Shown: positions 27,315 to 32,000 of the stretch, in pieces
How positions within the stretch are numbered: position 1 is the stretch's first letter
Layout: every line of letters starts with the position of its first letter
Assembly: GCF_048629425.1 (NCBI RefSeq)
Contig: NZ_CP184532.1
Span: forward strand, 413,398-445,397
Length of the DNA stretch: 32,000 nucleotides
Direction: 5' to 3'
Source of the DNA: Telmatobacter bradus
Lineage (GTDB): Bacteria; Acidobacteriota; Terriglobia; Terriglobales; Acidobacteriaceae
Notes under the pieces: model-generated
The model's input: only the letters and a program-made list of their open reading frames with translations
The model's database searches: none
Told to the model about the DNA's origin: nothing
Translations under genes and position numbers: made by a program

Positions 27315-28136
27315 TCAATGCCTTTTGAATGATTTTTCCTCATGCCGGTAACGGCGCATCGTCTTCGACCAAAGCTTCGGATCAACGGGCAACGGACTTA
27401 TGAGTCCAGACTGCGCATTAAAGAAGCCGCCGTGGTGCGTTAGTTTTCCATAGCGAAAGAGACGCGCCAGCATGGCCAGTGCACTCGACGCCAAAGTCTG
27501 GTTGATAAATGGCTCTTGACGGTCCAGTGCCTCAACGGCAGAACAACTGGGCAGCGGATCTTCGCCAGCCTCAGCGTCGATGATCTCTGGATACAGTTCA
27601 CTGACTGTGCGCAACCGTGCGGCCTTCCTACGATTGCGCGCATTCAATGGCTGGCCGAGAACGAATTGGCCACTGGCCGCGTTGTTGCCGAGATCGAACC
27701 AATACGCAGTGCGGTTCCTGGCTTTGGTCAGTGCGCGCGCAATAATGCTTCGCGCCGCTCTGGTGTCCACGCATCCAATCAGTAGATCGATGGACCTGTC
27801 ATTGATCCGGTCGAAGGTGTGCTCGCCGAAGTAAGTCGGTTCGGCCCGCCACCGTGTTCCCCAAAATAGGTTGATGCGATTGACGAGGACAGTAGCTTTG
27901 TTCTGCCCGATGTCGGAGACCGAGAATGGTTGGCGCACACAGTTCGTCTCAGAGACGGTATCGGCATCCATCATGACCACTTCCAGCCCCGATGACCGGC
28001 CCCAGACCCGCATCGCCTGGTCGAGATAGGGCAGGCCCATCACGATGGCGCTGCCGGTCCCGCCCGCGCCGACAACCAGTACGCGCACCGGCTTTTGGCC
28101 CAACAGATCGCTTGGAATCGTGTGCTCGATGCGCAT
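27315..28136 (-). CDS. PRTRC system ThiF family (E1-like) protein
   Basis: VLVVGAGGTGSAIVMGL (ATP-binding), MMDADTVSETNCVRQPFSVSDIGQNKA (E1 motif), IGCVDTRAAR, and a later PLPSCS cysteine. Confidence 0.92.
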   Translation of the reverse strand: MRIEHTIPSDLLGQKPVRVLVVGAGGTGSAIVMGLPYLDQAMRVWGRSSGLEVVMMDADTVSETNCVRQPFSVSDIGQNKATVLVNRINLFWGTRWRAEPTYFGEHTFDRINDRSIDLLIGCVDTRAARSIIARALTKARNRTAYWFDLGNNAASGQFVLGQPLNARNRRKAARLRTVSELYPEIIDAEAGEDPLPSCSAVEALDRQEPFINQTLASSALAMLARLFRYGKLTHHGGFFNAQSGLISPLPVDPKLWSKTMRRYRHEEKSFKRH

Positions 28137-28137
28137 A

Positions 28138-28845
28138 TCATCCTCTCTCTCCACGCACGAACTGCGTGAGCGTCTGCGGAAGGACAATGAGCGTTTCGAG
28201 TGGGAACTTCTGGTGCTTGCCAGTCAGACCATTCCATAGCCCATCAAATCCGCCCTCATGGCGTGTCAGGCGGCCTACATTGGCGTGTGTGAAGGCGCTC
28301 TCGTAGAAGCCGCGCTCCCAGGCTGGAATAGCGGCTACCGAGGCCGAGTCCGGGCGCCGCATCGTGCCTGTGCAGACGCGCCCGTCGTCCGAGAGATTCC
28401 AGAAGGGCGGGACGGCGAGTCTTGTTGAGCAATCTGGCCGCTTATTCTCAGTAAGCGCCCGAATGATGAGTTCTCCATTCGATACCTTCCACACTAGAGG
28501 AGGCTGCGAAAAGATGCGCCCGTTCAGCTCCGCCGCTTTGCCTTCGGAGTTCTCATAGAACATCTGGCGGCGCCGCGCAGGAACCCACCAGGCGATCATG
28601 CGGTCCGCCTTGGCAAGTACGTTGGCCGGCAGCACCTCGGCCTGCACGCTGCCGCTAAGGGATCGCGTCAGAGACTCGATGAATGCTACAGTGAGCGGTT
28701 GCGCCGGACCGAGCGTGGGCGGCGCATCCTTGCGTGCGGTCACGTCGTGGCGGGTGATGAAACTGCTTTGGCGGTCGCGATAAATCAGCAGCGCCTCATG
28801 CAGCTCGAAGCGATGGTTCTCCCCGATCGATAGATGTACCTGCAT
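28138..28845 (-). CDS. PRTRC system protein B (E2-like)
   Basis: VPPFWNLSDDGRVCTGTMRRP and YESAFTHANV; 1-nt gap to ThiF gene. Confidence 0.87.
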   Translation of the reverse strand: MQVHLSIGENHRFELHEALLIYRDRQSSFITRHDVTARKDAPPTLGPAQPLTVAFIESLTRSLSGSVQAEVLPANVLAKADRMIAWWVPARRRQMFYENSEGKAAELNGRIFSQPPLVWKVSNGELIIRALTENKRPDCSTRLAVPPFWNLSDDGRVCTGTMRRPDSASVAAIPAWERGFYESAFTHANVGRLTRHEGGFDGLWNGLTGKHQKFPLETLIVLPQTLTQFVRGERG

Positions 28846-29800
28846 CGCGCTTCTCCCATTCCAGGATTTCCTCGACCAATTCAAAGAGCGCGCAGTTAAG
28901 CGCAATAAAGCGATCCACGATCCGAATAGCATGACGAACCTGCTCCGGTTGGCGCGGCGAAAAGACAACGCACACGGTCGGCTCGGCGGTGCCTTCCATC
29001 ATGGACTGGCCCTCTTCGTCGAAGCAGGCGGTAATGGCATCATGCTCTTTGAAAGCGACAAGCAGCGCCGGCAACGGTGGATCGTCGTAGTAGCCGAGTT
29101 CGAGGTACTCCCGCGATTGCTTAAGTGAAAGCCGCGACAGGCACTGAATGCCCCGCAACCGCTCAAACCAAGAACTGAATTTGCCATTGCGAAACCTGCG
29201 CAAGAGATCGCGGTCCTGTGCTTTCCAATCCGGAGATTCGCGTTTCTGCGTTTTTCGGATGTACTCCGGCAGCGCCTTCTCCACTTCTGGAAATTCATAC
29301 TGCCCTTGGTTCTCTGCGTCGTCTTCGGCGGCATAGTCGCGCATCCGCTCTTCGTACATCAGCGCATTGTCGTGGTTGTAGATCCACATCACGCGATAAA
29401 GTGCGAAGGTCAGTGCCCAATAGAACGCCGCGCCCAGCCCCTCGGCCTCAGCTTCCAGCGCATCAAGCGCCGGACCAATCCTGAAGTACCCCGATCCGCC
29501 ACACTCGACGGTGACAACCAGTTGCCCGCTTTCGAGTTCCGCATCGCTTCCCGCGCGGCCTAGTTGATCGCTTACTTCAAGGTGATACTCGACATTGCGT
29601 TGCAGCAGATCGCGACGCTCAGGGCCAATCGCGCTCATCATGGCGTGCTGCGCAAATAGAAGCACGTTTCCGCCAGATTTCTTCCAGGTCTCCGTAGTTC
29701 CCAATCCCTCGCACACCAGCGCCGCGCATAGTTCATAGACCAGTTCAGCATTGACCTCATGGTTATACTCGGCGCGAACATCGGCGAGCAATGGCAATGC
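28796..29800 (-). CDS. PRTRC system protein F (5' end uncertain)
   Basis: AEYNHEVNAELVYELCAALVCEGLGTTETWKKSGG...FYWALTFALYRVMWIYNHDNALMYEERMRDYAA... in PRTRC context. Track ORF extends to 30052 but its first ~80 codons read like an incorrect frame. Confidence 0.75.
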   Translation of the reverse strand, partial: ALPLLADVRAEYNHEVNAELVYELCAALVCEGLGTTETWKKSGGNVLLFAQHAMMSAIGPERRDLLQRNVEYHLEVSDQLGRAGSDAELESGQLVVTVECGGSGYFRIGPALDALEAEAEGLGAAFYWALTFALYRVMWIYNHDNALMYEERMRDYAAEDDAENQGQYEFPEVEKALPEYIRKTQKRESPDWKAQDRDLLRRFRNGKFSSWFERLRGIQCLSRLSLKQSREYLELGYYDDPPLPALLVAFKEHDAITACFDEEGQSMMEGTAEPTVCVVFSPRQPEQVRHAIRIVDRFIALNCALFELVEEILEWEKRDAGTSIDRGEPSLRAA

Positions 29801-29826
29801 CTGTCCGAAGGCTGGTGCAAGCGTTG

Positions 29827-30042
29827 CTACCCCAGTGGCGGAAGCAGTTCCGGCGGTGTCGGGAGCCGATAACTTCCCGATGCCACATATTTCCTGATCG
29901 CTTCTGATACGGCTTGCGCGAGATCGCAGGATTCTTTGCATTGAAGATGCCTCGCCAGTATGAGGTTTGCCTCTGGCGGCGGTTCTGCGGCCTTCTTGAG
30001 GAACGCCGCCACCAATTCTTCTTGCGACAATGCGGGCGTGGG
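29827..30042 (-). CDS. Hypothetical ~71-aa protein in alternate frame between PRTRC-C and PRTRC-F
   Basis: PTPALSQEELVAAFLKKAAEPPPEANLILARHLQCKESCDLAQAVSEAIRKYVASGSYRLPTPPELLPPLG; candidate GTG start with upstream GAAGGGG; much more protein-like than the overlapping frame. Confidence 0.5.
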   Translation of the reverse strand, partial: PTPALSQEELVAAFLKKAAEPPPEANLILARHLQCKESCDLAQAVSEAIRKYVASGSYRLPTPPELLPPLG

Positions 30043-30048
30043 CACGGT

Positions 30049-30261
30049 TCACCCCTTCGAGCCAATCGCTCGACTGAAGGTGTAACGCAGCGTGGTCCCG
30101 GTATCTTCCGGACCGGTGAGGGTTGCAGTCGCAATTTCAGGAAATTGTGGAGTGAGGAGGTCGCGAACCTGCTCGACGCTCATCTGCGGCGCCGGATCGG
30201 GAATGCGAATGCCGTTGTAGTGAAACTCACGCAACAGGACTTCTGCTTTGAGAGTAGCCAT
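30049..30261 (-). CDS. PRTRC system protein C (ubiquitin-like beta-grasp candidate)
   Basis: LLREFHYNGIRIPDPAPQMSVEQVRDLLTPQFPEIATATLTGPEDTGTTLRYTFSRAIGSKG, 70 aa ending in glycine. Confidence 0.87.
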   Translation of the reverse strand: MATLKAEVLLREFHYNGIRIPDPAPQMSVEQVRDLLTPQFPEIATATLTGPEDTGTTLRYTFSRAIGSKG

Positions 30262-30309
30262 CGTGATTCTTCTCCTTGTTTGCAGGTTCAGGTTGAACCA
30301 AAGTTGTGA

Positions 30310-30837
30310 TCAAAAGAGACTGCCCTGTAGTGGCGTCCTCGTGATTGCGATTTCCTGCGTGGATGCTGGTGAAACCTGTCGTGCCAAGTCCTCATCTGGT
30401 GTTACGTGAACAACCGCTCGATACTTCGCTTCAAGCATCCTGAGCGTCTCGATTTCGCCGGAACGCACAGCCTCGGCAGCGCGGAGTTCATAGCGAGCAA
30501 GATAGTTGCGTTTGCGAATCTCCTGCTGAATCGCGCGCTCAACGTCGCAAAACATGTATTCTGGATCGCCCCAGCACGGCCATTGAAGCGAGTGACGAAG
30601 AAATTCAAGCCGGTCAGTATCGGATGCAAACCAAGTGTCATAGAACGTTGCCAAGTTGTAGTGCGCACTATTGCCAAAGCACATTGAAAGGCGGTTATAG
30701 AAGCTCTTGGAAAATGCTGTGCGCGCCCACTCTGATTCGATGAAGTGCAAGAAGGCGTTGCCAAAATCAGCTTTGTCCTGAGCCGATGAAAACTTCGTGG
30801 GCACAAACTCAGAGGGATGAAACGGTCCTTTCGGCAT
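30310..30837 (-). CDS. Hypothetical 175-aa protein between the helicase and the PRTRC cassette
   Basis: Co-directional ORF with plausible composition (…FLHFIESEWARTAFSKSFYNRLSMCFGNSAHYNLATFYDTWF…). Confidence 0.7.
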   Translation of the reverse strand: MPKGPFHPSEFVPTKFSSAQDKADFGNAFLHFIESEWARTAFSKSFYNRLSMCFGNSAHYNLATFYDTWFASDTDRLEFLRHSLQWPCWGDPEYMFCDVERAIQQEIRKRNYLARYELRAAEAVRSGEIETLRMLEAKYRAVVHVTPDEDLARQVSPASTQEIAITRTPLQGSLF

Positions 30838-30998
30838 GGAGAGTCTCCATGCAACAGAGAGGGCCAGCTTTCGCCGGCCCTCTCTGTTGCCTTTGATTGC
30901 GCACCGGCTGACGCCGGTATCGCTGGAACGATTCTCCCATTGGATACGCTACCACCGTTCGCAGCCATTGGGAAGTCTTTTGATCCAGGGAGACAACC

Positions 30999-32000
30999 TC
31001 AGCCGAAGAGGCTGAGCTGCACGGCCTGCCCTGTGTCCGTGGACCAAGGCGAGGGCTTCTTGCGCACCTTCACGCCCGCTTGAGATTCAACAAGATGAAT
31101 GCCAGCGCGTTCGGATGCTGGACCTACCGGTTCGGTGACTGGCAAATCCAAGACAGGATTGTCGTCTTCCACTGCCTTCAACGCAGGCGGCTGTGGCAGC
31201 ACCCGCTCCCGTTCTCTTTCTAACTCGCGCCATGCGGCGTCTGCTGTTTCCCCAACTCCGGCCTTCTCGACCAACTCGCGCGCCATGGCGCTCATCAGGT
31301 CTTCGTCAGTGTCGAGTGATTGCAGACCTTCACCAGAGAACTTGCCCTCCATCATCAGCGCGACGAGCATTTTCTTGCCCATCAATCGGAGGCAGGTCTC
31401 TTGCATCGTGCCCGTATAAGTGACGAACTTCACGCGCACCGCGTGCCGCTGGCCAATGCGCCAGGAGCGGCGGCTCGCCTGACGCAACGTATGCAGCGAG
31501 TAGCCGGTCTCGTAGAAATAGAGTGTCGAAAAGGCTAACAGGTCGAGGCCAGTCTCCACCAGTTTCGGGTGGCAGATCACGACTTCAACTCCGCCTTTCA
31601 GTTGCCGCTCGTACCAATCTTCGCGCTTGTCTGTGGAAACCGAAGAGCGCAACACGGCAACCCGGAATCCTGCCTGCCTGAGCACAGACTCCAGCCGCAG
31701 CGTAACATCCTTCTCACCCGTGTAAGTCGCATAGACCTGGCAGCGCCGCCCCTGCCTGAGTTCCTCACGCACGTCGGCGATGAGCGCGCGTTCTTTCGCG
31801 TAGAGGCAGTCCTCCTTCAAGTTCTGAGGCGTCGTCACCAGGAACTTCACATACTCTTTGGTCTCCGGGTCAAAGGCCCGCGCCCAAATGTCTTCAAAGC
31901 CGTAAGGATGGTCGGGATAGAGCAGCAACGTATTGAGCAGTATGCTCATCAGGCTCTTGTTGCCGCGATGCGCTCGGATCGCAGCCCGGATGTCCTCTTC
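30999..32000 (-). CDS. SF2/SNF2-type helicase, C-terminal part (runs off window)
   Basis: RRCQVYATYTGEKDVTLRLESVL, VEVVICHPKLVETGLDLLAFSTLYFYETGYSLHTLRQASRRSWRIGQRHAVRVKFVTYTGTMQETCLRLMGKK (motifs V/VI); frame stays open to 32000. Confidence 0.85.
   Translation of the reverse strand, partial: EEDIRAAIRAHRGNKSLMSILLNTLLLYPDHPYGFEDIWARAFDPETKEYVKFLVTTPQNLKEDCLYAKERALIADVREELRQGRRCQVYATYTGEKDVTLRLESVLRQAGFRVAVLRSSVSTDKREDWYERQLKGGVEVVICHPKLVETGLDLLAFSTLYFYETGYSLHTLRQASRRSWRIGQRHAVRVKFVTYTGTMQETCLRLMGKKMLVALMMEGKFSGEGLQSLDTDEDLMSAMARELVEKAGVGETADAAWRELERERERVLPQPPALKAVEDDNPVLDLPVTEPVGPASERAGIHLVESQAGVKVRKKPSPWSTDTGQAVQLSLFG

Noticed and set aside
1-32000. CRISPR arrays, rRNA or tRNA genes
   Set aside because: No regularly spaced direct repeats and no recognisable tRNA/rRNA sequence seen by eye; a tRNAscan/minced run would be needed for certainty.

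Overview
Accessory, probably plasmid/ICE-like DNA. The codon style and gene content suggest Acidobacteriota, but that is inference only. Left part (1-14.1 kb) is a mobile-element-rich defence island. It holds an IS5-family element, an intact SIR2-APAZ + short prokaryotic Argonaute operon (SPARSA-type), a decayed S41-peptidase/TPR-CHAT junction, an XRE + DUF6036-type nucleotidyltransferase pair with a perfect palindromic operator, and a 5'-truncated hsdR. The hsdR is further split by an IS21-family element whose target-site duplication can be read exactly. An IS1595-family element with an 8-bp TSD separates this from the right part (15.2-32 kb). The right part carries replication/plasmid-type genes (Gp157-like, RNase HI), a metallo-hydrolase, a translationally coupled MoxR ATPase / DUF3150-like / metallopeptidase-VWA trio, several cargo genes, and a PRTRC cassette (E, ThiF/E1-like, B/E2-like, F, C/ubiquitin-like) next to a helicase running off the window. 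The strongest leads are the SPARSA-type operon and the PRTRC Ubl-E1-E2-like cassette. Other items of note are the third gene and 16-bp hairpin inside the IS21 element, duplicated pieces of the PRTRC-E gene and of a MoxR-adjacent region, and a short ORF hidden in an alternate frame between PRTRC-C and PRTRC-F. All domain calls are from motif recognition; no database search was run.
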